A stretch of 43,318 bases of DNA from Fontimonas sp. (GCA_041592255.1 JBFHQK010000001.1:1-43318), one strand, 5' to 3'; counted from the stretch's first letter, positions 10,203-18,736 are shown. The notes: a model not told the origin generated them from the letters alone. Translations and numbers: made by a program.

Positions 10203-10997
10203 TCAGCGGCGCGACTGCTCTTTTTCGGCGTTGATGTGCGTGCCGCGAATCACGGTGACCGTCGTCGCCGAGGGACGCGCGGCCACTGCGGCCGGACGCG
10301 ACGCGGCCTCGGCCGCCTGTGGCAGCTCCTGATCCTCGGGATTGCGCAGTGCCAGCTGAACCGTGCCTTCGCGCGTGGCCTGGACCAGGCGCTCGGCTTC
10401 CTTGGGGTCGGTCTCCAGTGTCACCGCGCGCACCACCACCGGCTTGTCCTCGCCGGCGGTGCCGGCGGTCTGCTGGTCCACCGCCAGCACTCGCAGGTTG
10501 TGCAGAATCGTGCGCGTCTCGTAGCGCTGGTGATCGAGCGTGCGCGAAGCAACGACATCGACCCGCGAACCGGGCAACAGGAAGCCGGCCACGCCGACCA
10601 CGTCATCGACGCGCACCGTCACCGCGCGCTTGCTGGGCTCGATCAGGCCGGCGAGCAGGGGGCTGGTCTGCGGATCGGCGACGCGCGCCGCCAGCAGCGG
10701 CTCGCCGGCGAGGATGTGGTACTTGGACAGCTGACCGACGACCCGCGCCGGATCAGTGAACGCGCCGGCCGGCACGGCATGGGCAGGCCAGTCCACCGTC
10801 TTGACCGAATCCGCGTCGATGCGGCGACCGAACTCGATCTCGCGCGCCGCAACCACGACCTGCGCGAGCGACCGCGCGGCGTGCTGCTCGGCGTCGTCGA
10901 TGCGCTCGCGCGCCCAGCGCTGCGCCAGGAACGCCGCCGCCAGGCCGAGCAGCAACGCCAGACCGAGGATCACCGCCGAACTGCGTTTGCTGATCAT
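10203..10997 (-). CDS. cpaB: Flp pilus assembly protein CpaB/RcpC (SAF domain)
   Basis: VVVAAREI, KRAVTVRVDDVVGVAGFLLPGSRVDVV, LRVLAVDQ, QLALRN. Start re-picked to the ATG at 10997 (GAGGAG SD). Confidence 0.93.
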   Translation of the reverse strand: MISKRSSAVILGLALLLGLAAAFLAQRWARERIDDAEQHAARSLAQVVVAAREIEFGRRIDADSVKTVDWPAHAVPAGAFTDPARVVGQLSKYHILAGEPLLAARVADPQTSPLLAGLIEPSKRAVTVRVDDVVGVAGFLLPGSRVDVVASRTLDHQRYETRTILHNLRVLAVDQQTAGTAGEDKPVVVRAVTLETDPKEAERLVQATREGTVQLALRNPEDQELPQAAEAASRPAAVAARPSATTVTVIRGTHINAEKEQSRR

Positions 10998-11016
10998 CGT
11001 GTTCTCCTCGGCGGCG

Positions 11017-11568
11017 CTAGGCGCCGACCACCGTATGGTGCGTCGCGCGCCACGCCACGACCGCAAGCGTTCCGCCGGCAATCGCCGCGGCATAGGGAAA
11101 CCGGCGCGCGGCCGCGGACCCGGTCGCGGCCGGCACCCAGACCCGCGTCACCGCATAGCCGAAGAACTGGCGGCCGGTGCCCAGCAGGCCTTCGCGGAGT
11201 CCGCCGCTGACCGCCAGCGTCGCCACGCCCATGACGCCACCGGCGACCAGGCTCCAGGCCACCGACCAGAAGGCATCAACCGGCCCGACGAATCCGCCGA
11301 CCGCGGCCATCAATTTGACGTCGCCCGCCGCCATGCCGCCGGCGAGGTAGAACGGCAGCAGCGCCAGCAGCCCCACGCCCAGGCCGGCCAGCGCGCCGGC
11401 CGCACCGAGCCAGCCGCCCAGAAGTGCATGCAGCGCCAGCGCCAGCAAGGCGCCGGAAAACGTGATCAGGTTGTCGATCCGGTGCCGCGACAGATCACGC
11501 AGCACCGCGACTGCGAGCATCGCCACGAGGGCGGCAAGCAGTGGCAGCGAAGTGAAGGCGGGCGTCAC
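11017..11568 (-). CDS. cpaA: A24-family prepilin peptidase CpaA/TadV
   Basis: DLSRHRIDN, GGMAAGDVKLMAAVG, RFPYAAAIAGG. Confidence 0.93.
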   Translation of the reverse strand: MTPAFTSLPLLAALVAMLAVAVLRDLSRHRIDNLITFSGALLALALHALLGGWLGAAGALAGLGVGLLALLPFYLAGGMAAGDVKLMAAVGGFVGPVDAFWSVAWSLVAGGVMGVATLAVSGGLREGLLGTGRQFFGYAVTRVWVPAATGSAAARRFPYAAAIAGGTLAVVAWRATHHTVVGA

Positions 11569-11603
11569 GGATGCGCAGCTCCCGGTGCGGGTGCCGGCGG
11601 CAA

Positions 11604-11627
11604 GGCGGGGAGCCGATCCTCCCCGCC
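11604..11627 (-). terminator. Stem-loop directly downstream of flp (attenuator or mRNA-stabilising hairpin)
   Basis: Perfect 9-bp stem GGCGGGGAG/CTCCCCGCC with a 6-nt loop; only two U follow on the transcribed strand. Confidence 0.55.
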
Positions 11628-11643
11628 GAGACCGGCCCAGTGC

Positions 11644-11817
11644 TTACTTGTTGAGTTCGGTGTTGATGTCGCGGATCTTGGTGTCGACGGTGCCGCCGAG
11701 CAGCACGAACGCCGCAATCACCGCTGCTGCAATCAGACCCCCCGCCACGGCGTATTCGACCGTTGTCAGACCTTCTTCGTCACGGATGAAGCGGACCAGC
11801 TGTTCACGGAAAGACAT
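11644..11817 (-). CDS. flp: Flp family type IVb/c major pilin (57 aa)
   Basis: Absent from the ORF track; translated by hand: MSFREQLVRFIRDEEG|LTTVEYAVAGGLIAAAVIAAFVLLGGTVDTKIRDINTELNK, with the Flp G|xxxxEY motif and an AGGAG SD. Confidence 0.95.
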   Translation of the reverse strand: MSFREQLVRFIRDEEGLTTVEYAVAGGLIAAAVIAAFVLLGGTVDTKIRDINTELNK

Positions 11818-12239
11818 GGTGAGACTCCTGAGTAGATGACGTGTCGCCCAATGAGTGGACCCAGCGATGGGGCTTGCAGGTGTTCAACCTTCCAAGGCCC
11901 GCAGACCGGCCGACTCGCGCCATGCCAAACGCCTCCCGAAATGACATTGACCCAGATCGTGGAAACGCCTCGCACGATTCCATCCTCGAATGACGCGCGC
12001 CGACACACATTGATCTACGTCATCTGTCGTGCCATGTGCAGATGGCGCCGGGATTAACGGTAGGCCACAGGGTCACCAGAGGTCGCAGCCGACGTTTGCG
12101 CCGGGTCAAGCGAAGTCGGATCGTGCCGATAACCTGAGGTTCAGCGGCGCGCGCCCGCACGTCCGTGCTTGATCCGGATCAACGCATGCCGCCCACGATC
12201 TGCCGTACAACGCACACACAGCTGCACGCAGAGGGCTTC

Positions 12240-12755
12240 ATGTCGCCTGCAACAGAACGCCGAAATGCGGCGGTCGGTCGCGCACCGCGCCCCCCGCGCC
12301 AGCGCAGCCGTGGCCTGGCCACGGTGGAGATCGCGCTGCTGCTGCCGCTGTTGCTGCTGTTGCTGTTCGCGACCATCGATTTCGGCCGCATGATGTTCAC
12401 CAAGCTGACCTTGCAGCACGCGATGCGTGAAGGCGGTCGTTTCGCGGTCACCGGCAAACGGCTCGAGGATCCCAGCGCACCGGGGACGTTGCAGTCGCGC
12501 ATCGCCTCGATCAAACAGATCGTCCGCGAGAAGTCGGTCGGCGTGCCGGTGGATGCCGACGACATCGTGATTTCGAGCGTGCGCGGCGGCAGCGACAGTG
12601 CCGGCGGCCCGGGCGACACGGTCACCATCTCGCTCACCTACAGCTTCCACTTCGCCACGCCGCTGCTCGGCCAGTACTTCAACGAAGGCCGGCATCGCTT
12701 CACCGTCAGCACGAGTTTCAGGAACGAGCCATTCCCTCCCGGAGCCGAAGGATGA
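12240..12755 (+). CDS. tadE: TadE-like minor pilin
   Basis: RG|LATVEIALLLPLLLLLLFATIDFG, AMREGGR, C-terminal FRNEPF. Start re-picked to the ATG at 12240 (GAGGG SD). Confidence 0.88.
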   Translation: MSPATERRNAAVGRAPRPPRQRSRGLATVEIALLLPLLLLLLFATIDFGRMMFTKLTLQHAMREGGRFAVTGKRLEDPSAPGTLQSRIASIKQIVREKSVGVPVDADDIVISSVRGGSDSAGGPGDTVTISLTYSFHFATPLLGQYFNEGRHRFTVSTSFRNEPFPPGAEG

Positions 12756-13267
12756 ACGCAGGCGTGGCGAGGCGCGCGCAGCGCGGGCTGGCGGTGGTCG
12801 AGTTCGCGATGGTGCTGCCGATCCTGGTGGTGCTGGTGTTCGGCATCATCGATCTGGGCCGTGCGGTACTCACGCACCAGGTGCTGATCAATGTCAGCCG
12901 CGAAGCGGCCAATCTGGCCTCGCGCGGCACCGCATTGAGCGACGCGATGGCCGCGGTGATGACCTCGGCGCAGCCGCTCGATCTGCCCGGCGCCGGCTAC
13001 GTGATTCTCACCGAGGTCGTGCGTGACGCCAACGGCCACGCCCGCATCCGCGCGCAGGCCGCGTCCGGCAGCCGCTCCCGGCCCAGCCGCGTGGGTACCG
13101 GCGTCGGCAGCGCCGCCGCGCTGCCGGCCACCACGCCGCTCGTGCCGCCGCCCGGGCTGAGCCTGTTTGTCGCCGAGGTCTTCTACGATTCCGCGCCGAT
13201 CACGCCGATCGGCCCGCTGGTCGGCATGACCATGACCGACGTCTTCTACGACATCGCATTCTTCTGA
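12752..13267 (+). CDS. TadE/TadF-like minor pilin
   Basis: QRG|LAVVEFAMVLPILVVLVFGIIDLG, SREAANLASRG; ATGA-coupled to the upstream gene. Confidence 0.88.
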   Translation: MNAGVARRAQRGLAVVEFAMVLPILVVLVFGIIDLGRAVLTHQVLINVSREAANLASRGTALSDAMAAVMTSAQPLDLPGAGYVILTEVVRDANGHARIRAQAASGSRSRPSRVGTGVGSAAALPATTPLVPPPGLSLFVAEVFYDSAPITPIGPLVGMTMTDVFYDIAFF

Positions 13268-13278
13268 GGAACGGCGCC

Positions 13279-14511
13279 ATGAGCCTGCGTACCGGACGAA
13301 CCCGCACGCGCGGCGCGATTCTGGTGACCTTCGCGATCAGCGCACTGGTCCTGACCGCGTTCGCCGGCCTGGCCCTCGACGTCGGCCTCATGTACATGAC
13401 CCGCGCCGCCCTGTCCAAGGGCACAGACGCCGCGGCGCTGATGGGCGCGCGCAGCCTGTCGCAGGGCACCGAGAACGCGCGGCAGATCGCGCGCAGCACC
13501 TTCGACATGAACTACGCCGCTTCCGGCCTCGCGGGCCGCGCGGTCAGCGCGCCGACCGTCAGCGTCAGCTTCTCGTTTGACGAAGATGGCAACCGGCGCA
13601 TCACCGTCAATGCGCAGGCGCAGATGCGCACCTATTTCCTTGGCGTGCTGCGTCTACTGCCGGGCGGCGGCGATTTTTCGACAATGAACGTGTCGTCGCT
13701 GGCGCAGGCTGCACGCGCGCGGCTGGTGATGGGCATCGCGCTCGACCGCTCCGGATCGATGAACGGCAACGGCGGCGCGGCGGCGCTGCCGGGGGCCGTG
13801 CAGACCTTCATCAGCTTTTTCGACGACGCCGTCGACCGCGTCGGGCTGGCCAGCTACGCCAATCACGCCCGGCTCGACGTCGCCATCGGACACAACTTCA
13901 AGACCCCGATCACCAATCGCGTGCTGGCGATGAGCTTCGGCGGCTGGACCTACTCGCACGGCGGCATTGACATCGCACGCGATCAGATCAACAGCGTACC
14001 GCTGGACCCGAACGAGAACGTGCTCAAGGTGCTGGTGTTTTTCACCGATGGCCACGCCAATTCGTTTCTCGTCGCGGACCCGCCGGGCGTGCGCTGCAGC
14101 GGCAGCACGCGGCGCGCGCTGGTTCTGGTCCCTGACAGCAGCGACAACGGCTTCCGGCATCCCGACACCGGCAGCACCGTGACCTGCACGCACAGTCAGT
14201 CCGACCGCTTTGACTCGCTGCGGACCGGCACCACCCTCAACCGCACCGCCAACAACGTCGAAGCCGAAGGGCTGTTCCGGGTCGAACGCTCGGCCGGGCT
14301 GACACGACAGGAACGCACGCTGGTGTTCGCAATCGGCCTGGGCACCGACATCAACAAGCCGTCGCTGCTGAAGATGGCCAACGATCCGTCCAGCGCGACC
14401 TATGACCCCAGCCAGCCGGCCGGCATCGCCGCGTTCGCACCGACGGCGGCCGAACTGACCGATGTCTTCCGCCAGATCGCATCGAAGATCCTGCTGCGGC
14501 TGACGCAGTAG
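13279..14511 (+). CDS. tadG: TadG-like pilus protein with von Willebrand A domain
   Basis: RG|AILVTFA..AGLALDVG, DAAALMGA Tad N-terminus; MIDAS DRSGS, VFFTDG, VFAIGLG, C-terminal LRLTQ. Confidence 0.88.
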   Translation: MSLRTGRTRTRGAILVTFAISALVLTAFAGLALDVGLMYMTRAALSKGTDAAALMGARSLSQGTENARQIARSTFDMNYAASGLAGRAVSAPTVSVSFSFDEDGNRRITVNAQAQMRTYFLGVLRLLPGGGDFSTMNVSSLAQAARARLVMGIALDRSGSMNGNGGAAALPGAVQTFISFFDDAVDRVGLASYANHARLDVAIGHNFKTPITNRVLAMSFGGWTYSHGGIDIARDQINSVPLDPNENVLKVLVFFTDGHANSFLVADPPGVRCSGSTRRALVLVPDSSDNGFRHPDTGSTVTCTHSQSDRFDSLRTGTTLNRTANNVEAEGLFRVERSAGLTRQERTLVFAIGLGTDINKPSLLKMANDPSSATYDPSQPAGIAAFAPTAAELTDVFRQIASKILLRLTQ

Positions 14512-14522
14512 CGGCCACCGCG

Positions 14523-15899
14523 TCACTGCGCCGCGGTGACGAACTGCCAGCTGTACGGCCGCGCCAGCGGCTGGCCCTTGTAGTCTCTGATTTTGGTGGT
14601 CAGCACCGCGGTGTAGCGGTGATCGGGCTTGAGCGGCACGTCCAGACGCACGCGCGTCGAATGCGACCCGTATCGCGACCAGCCGTGGCCGCCCTGCACG
14701 GTGACGTCGACCCGCTCGCCCGCCTCGTCGAACAGGCAGAACGCGCCCGGCAGCTCGATGCTCTCGGGATCCACCTCGTTGCCGAAGAACACATGCAACC
14801 AGCGGTGCTGCGTCCAACTGCGTCCGGCCGCCGGCTCCAGCATCACCTCGACGACGCCATGCCGCGGGTAATGACCGACGACGTGCGCGGGCTGCGGCCG
14901 CGCCGGATCGCCAGTGAGCTGGTCCCACATCTGGCGATACATGCCGGCCACCACCTGCCCGGAGCTGACCACGCCGCCGTCCGCAAGATAGTAGTTGTGT
15001 GCCGCCCACGGCATGTGCGCGCGCACGCGTTCGTAGTCTGCCGGCGCGGTCAGCGCCTGCGCCTGCACCGCACCGCGTGAGAACAGATTGCCGCGCTCGA
15101 TCTGCTCGGCGCCGACCGCCGCGCCGCTGCGCCGGTACACCGCAGCCAGATGGGCCGCGGGCGGGAACACCAGCGTCGGCGCATCGAGCGGCAGCTTGTG
15201 GTCGACGATATGCACCACGTCCATTGCATACTCGATGCCATTCATTGGCGTCGCCGCATACAGATCGTGGAGGTAGTGGTAGCGATCGGCGCCGACGATC
15301 TGACGCAGCACCGAACCGGGCGTGAACGGTCCCCAGAAGCCGTCCGCGTCCAGATGCGCAGCCAGGTTCGGATCCTCGCCGTGGCGCCGCACTTCGGGTT
15401 CGAACAGCGCATCCCAGGTTTCGTCGGTGACGCCGTGCGCGGCAACCCCGAAGGCGAAGGCAATCAGCTGTCCGCATGCATCGGTGAGTCCGGCCAGATC
15501 CACCGTGCCGACCGGCATGCCCACCGTGCCACCCGGCAGCTCGACCGGCGCGGGAACCGGTGGATTGACCAGGCGCGCTGCCTGAGCGCCGCAGCCGATC
15601 TCGCGCAGGTACTCCATGAAAGCGACGTGAAACTCGCCCCAGTGTGCGCGCTCGGCCATGTCGCGGTCCGCCGGGAAGGCCGCGCCGCTGCCATAGCCGC
15701 CATCCGGATAGATCGCACCGGCCAGCAGCGCCGGCCGGTGCGCACTCAGGATCTGCTTGAGCACCCCGTCCGGCAGCGCCTGGCGGCCGTGGTCGGCCAT
15801 GGCCGCATGCGTGGTCATGCCCGCACCCTGCACCATCGCCGGCGCCACCAGCAACGCGGCGGCCCACAGGCGGCGCATCCCCCAGTACCGATGATTCAT
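14523..15899 (-). CDS. Secreted Zn-dependent phospholipase C/GPI-PLD-like protein with C-terminal Ig-like (SbsA/Big_5-type) domain
   Basis: Signal peptide then AGMTTH, AGAIYPDGGY, AERAHW, LIAFAFGVAAHGVTDETWD; C-terminal PLKPDHRYTAVLTTKIRDYKGQPLARPYSWQFVT. Start re-picked to the ATG at 15899. Confidence 0.75.
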   Translation of the reverse strand: MNHRYWGMRRLWAAALLVAPAMVQGAGMTTHAAMADHGRQALPDGVLKQILSAHRPALLAGAIYPDGGYGSGAAFPADRDMAERAHWGEFHVAFMEYLREIGCGAQAARLVNPPVPAPVELPGGTVGMPVGTVDLAGLTDACGQLIAFAFGVAAHGVTDETWDALFEPEVRRHGEDPNLAAHLDADGFWGPFTPGSVLRQIVGADRYHYLHDLYAATPMNGIEYAMDVVHIVDHKLPLDAPTLVFPPAAHLAAVYRRSGAAVGAEQIERGNLFSRGAVQAQALTAPADYERVRAHMPWAAHNYYLADGGVVSSGQVVAGMYRQMWDQLTGDPARPQPAHVVGHYPRHGVVEVMLEPAAGRSWTQHRWLHVFFGNEVDPESIELPGAFCLFDEAGERVDVTVQGGHGWSRYGSHSTRVRLDVPLKPDHRYTAVLTTKIRDYKGQPLARPYSWQFVTAAQ

Positions 15900-15918
15900 C
15901 CCCACACCCCCGTCCTGC

Positions 15919-16593
15919 TTACGGCGCCGAGGCGCAGCAGCCTTGCTCCATCGCTTTGAGCGCCGCGAAGACCCGCCGCGCCTCGGCGAAGTCGTCGGCG
16001 ACCGGTAGCACCTCGAGCTGCACGACCGCATCCGCCGGCGCACCGGCGCCAATGCAGTGCAGTTGATAGATCACGATCCCTGGCGTGGCGGGCGTCACCG
16101 TTGCCGTGCCTTCGACTTCACGCGCGCCGTCCCAGGCGCCGGACGCGGTGCAAGCGGTGGCTTCCTCGGCCTTCCAGGACAGGCGGCTGCTAGCGCCGAG
16201 TGCGAGCTGCGCGGGCTCGGCGCCAAACGACAGGCGCACCGCGGCCGGCATCTCGGACACCCGCAGTTCGGCAACCCGCACTCCGCTACCGCCAGGGCCG
16301 CTGCAGCTCAGCTCATAGCGGTACACACCGGGCACCGCCGGCGACACCGACTCCCGGCCGATCGCCGATCGCTCGCCGGACCAGTCACCTGCGGCGATGC
16401 AGCGACTCGCGTGCAGCGCACGCCAGGACAGCACCGCCGGCTCGCCGGCGGCGATGGCGGCCGGCGCGACCACCAGCGTCAGATCCTGTGCCGGCGGCGG
16501 CAGCGCCGCGGTATCGGCGCCGTGGCCGCAGCCGCCCAGCAGCGCCGCTGCCAGCAGCGCGGCGCCAGTCCGACTCGAGAAAAAAACTTTCAT
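15919..16593 (-). CDS. Hypothetical lipoprotein with two tandem Cys-containing Ig/PKD-like beta modules
   Basis: Lipobox LLGGC; repeats LSWRALHASRCIAAGDWSG..YELSC and LSWKAEEATACTASGAWDG..YQLHC. Confidence 0.7.
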   Translation of the reverse strand: MKVFFSSRTGAALLAAALLGGCGHGADTAALPPPAQDLTLVVAPAAIAAGEPAVLSWRALHASRCIAAGDWSGERSAIGRESVSPAVPGVYRYELSCSGPGGSGVRVAELRVSEMPAAVRLSFGAEPAQLALGASSRLSWKAEEATACTASGAWDGAREVEGTATVTPATPGIVIYQLHCIGAGAPADAVVQLEVLPVADDFAEARRVFAALKAMEQGCCASAP

Positions 16594-16657
16594 CCGCGCA
16601 GTGTACGCACGGAAGATGACACCCGGCTGGCGCCGGGCGCAACGCAGCGACGTGGCG

Positions 16658-16924
16658 TTAGCGATGCGTCTTCAGCAGCGCGGCGACCTTGGCGACGTAC
16701 TTGTTCATGGCGTCGTCCGCCTTGATGCCCTTGAGCTTGGCCCAGGCGTCGTACTTGGCGCGTCCGACCATGTCGAGCATGCCCGGCCGGCTGCCGGTGA
16801 CATCGCCTTCGGCCGCCTGCTTGAAGTGCGCGTACAGAAACAGCATGTCGTTGTTGTCCGGGCGCTTGGTCAGCGTCTTGACGTCTTTCTGGGCCTGTTC
16901 GAACTGCGACTTGAGATCCGCCAT
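16658..16924 (-). CDS. Acyl-CoA-binding protein (ACBP)
   Basis: 88 aa; LYAHFKQAAEGDV, RPGMLDMVGRAKYDAW, AMNKYV are ACBP signature motifs. Confidence 0.93.
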   Translation of the reverse strand: MADLKSQFEQAQKDVKTLTKRPDNNDMLFLYAHFKQAAEGDVTGSRPGMLDMVGRAKYDAWAKLKGIKADDAMNKYVAKVAALLKTHR

Positions 16925-16996
16925 GGCGTGCTTCCGCAGAAGGGAGGGATGAGGCCTGCAAGCATAGCAAAGCGGCGGCGCCGATCAGCCGTCGGG

Positions 16997-18244
16997 TCAG
17001 ACGCGGCCGGCGAAAACCCGGCCGCGGCCGCCGTCGAGCGGGATCGCATAGCCGAGCTCGACTTCGAAGTCGACGAAGTGCGAAAAGCGCAGCCGTATAC
17101 CGGCGCCGAGGCTGGCATAGGCGCGCTCGGCGCTGCTGTCCTCGGGACGGGCGAAGACGTTGCCGACTTCGGCGATGAGCACGCCGCGCAGCCAGCGTAC
17201 CCCCAGCGGGCGCGCGAACTCCGCGCTCAGGTAGTAGTAGGCGTTGCCCTCGGTGAAGTTGCTGTCGTAGCCGCGCAGATAGCTCGAGCCCCCGAGCCCG
17301 TACTGGCGCACGCCCTCGGGACCGGCGAAGTACAGGCCGGTACGGGCGCGCAGCTGCAGCGTCTGGTGCGGCGTGGCGCCGAGATCGAGCGACTGCAGGA
17401 AACCGCCGTCGAGGCGCAGGTAACTGTAGTCGCTGCCGACGCCGTCCTCGGCGACCTCGAGGCGCAGGTTCCAGCTGCGGCCGATGTCGCTGTAGATGCG
17501 GCTGTGGTAATCGGTGTGGCCGACCGACAGCGAGGGCGCCAGCGCATCACCGTAGGGCGCCGGCGCAAAGGCGCCGCGCGTGCGCTGCTGGCGCCAGGCC
17601 AGCCCGCCGCCGACGCTGAGGCCCTGGCTGGCCGGCCCGCCGTCCGCAAACGTGCGTGCGACAGCAAAGCCGAACGAGCGGAAGTCCTCGGTGTAATCGC
17701 CGGCGGTGCCTTCCACCGGGCGGGTGCTGTAGCCGGTGCCGACGCTGAGGTGGTACGGGGAGTCAAACGCAAACGGCGCGCTGTAACCGGCGCTGAAATG
17801 GGTCTCCTTGCCGATCCCCTGACGCTGCTGATCTTCCTCCTCGACCAGCAGCCGCAGGCGGTGATTGAGGCCGGCGACGTTGTCCCAGCGCAGCTGCGCG
17901 CCATAGGAATAGCGCCCGTCGCTCTTGGCATCGGCGCGCGGCAGCGGCAGGAAGTAGTAGCGCTCGTCGACCTGAAACACGACACGCACGCCGCCGGCGG
18001 AGGGCTCGGTCCGCACATACACGCGGCGGAACAGCCCCAGATCGAGCAGTCCCTGGCGGCTGCGTTCGAGCGCCGCCGGTTCGGCCGGATCGCCGACCCG
18101 GACCACCAGCTCGCGCGCCATGACCTTGGCGCGGGTGATCTGATTGCCCTCGAAGACGATCGCGGTGATCGTCGGGATCTCGGGCGATTGCGCGACAACG
18201 GCCAGCGGCACCGCGAGCAGCAGCGCCGCCAGCGCGCGTCTCAC
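16997..18244 (-). CDS. Omp85-superfamily outer-membrane protein (one apparent POTRA domain + beta-barrel)
   Basis: Signal peptide; POTRA ITAIVFEGNQITR...LLDLGLFRRV...VDER; barrel with LGGSSYLRGYD loop motif and ASLGAGIRLRF; GTGA overlap with the folA stop. Confidence 0.85.
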   Translation of the reverse strand: MRRALAALLLAVPLAVVAQSPEIPTITAIVFEGNQITRAKVMARELVVRVGDPAEPAALERSRQGLLDLGLFRRVYVRTEPSAGGVRVVFQVDERYYFLPLPRADAKSDGRYSYGAQLRWDNVAGLNHRLRLLVEEEDQQRQGIGKETHFSAGYSAPFAFDSPYHLSVGTGYSTRPVEGTAGDYTEDFRSFGFAVARTFADGGPASQGLSVGGGLAWRQQRTRGAFAPAPYGDALAPSLSVGHTDYHSRIYSDIGRSWNLRLEVAEDGVGSDYSYLRLDGGFLQSLDLGATPHQTLQLRARTGLYFAGPEGVRQYGLGGSSYLRGYDSNFTEGNAYYYLSAEFARPLGVRWLRGVLIAEVGNVFARPEDSSAERAYASLGAGIRLRFSHFVDFEVELGYAIPLDGGRGRVFAGRV

Positions 18245-18726
18245 CCGACGCGCTCCAGCTGCTTGAAGCGGTAGGCGTAGGGATGGCGTTCGTCGGCCGG
18301 GTGGGTTTCGCAGGCGACTTCACGCCACGCCTGCGGATCGAGCGCCGGAAAATAGGTGTCGCCCTGCAGCGCGGCGTCGACCTCGGTCAGATAGATCCGC
18401 TGCGCCAGCGGCAGCGTCTGGCGGTAAAGCTCGGCACCGCCGATCACCATCAGCTCGCCGTCGGCGGCGGCCTTCAGCGCGGCATCGAGGCTGCGGAACA
18501 CGCGGCCGCCCGTCGCGACAAAGTCGGCGTCGCGGGTCAGCACCCAGTTCTCGCGCTCCGGCAGCGGCCGGCCCAGCGACACCCAGGTCTTGCGCCCCAT
18601 CAGCACGGTCTTGCCCAGCGTCAGCCGCTTGAAGTGCTTCAGATCGTTGGGCAGGCGCCACGGCAGATCGCCCTCGCGGCCGATCAGGCGGGTGCGATCC
18701 ATCGCGACGATCAGTGAAAGGCTCAC
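18241..18726 (-). CDS. folA: Dihydrofolate reductase
   Basis: LPWRLPNDLKHFK, MGRKTW, RPLPERENWVL, VIGGAELY, GDTYFP. Start re-picked to the GTG at 18726. Confidence 0.96.
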   Translation of the reverse strand: MSLSLIVAMDRTRLIGREGDLPWRLPNDLKHFKRLTLGKTVLMGRKTWVSLGRPLPERENWVLTRDADFVATGGRVFRSLDAALKAAADGELMVIGGAELYRQTLPLAQRIYLTEVDAALQGDTYFPALDPQAWREVACETHPADERHPYAYRFKQLERVG

Positions 18727-18736
18727 TACAACGCCC

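Noticed and set aside
12019-12034. Sigma54-like TGGCACG on the minus strand upstream of flp
   Set aside because: The -12 element reads GA rather than the required GC; a second candidate near 11915-11928 also fails.
11818-12239. c-di-GMP riboswitch in the flp leader
   Set aside because: I could not find the GEMM-type GNRA/receptor architecture on either strand by eye; an Rfam scan would settle it.
15899-16052. Frameshifted fusion of the lipoprotein and phospholipase genes
   Set aside because: The phospholipase has its own purine-rich RBS, ATG and signal peptide, and its fold needs a free mature N-terminus; the overlap is only an upstream ORF extension.
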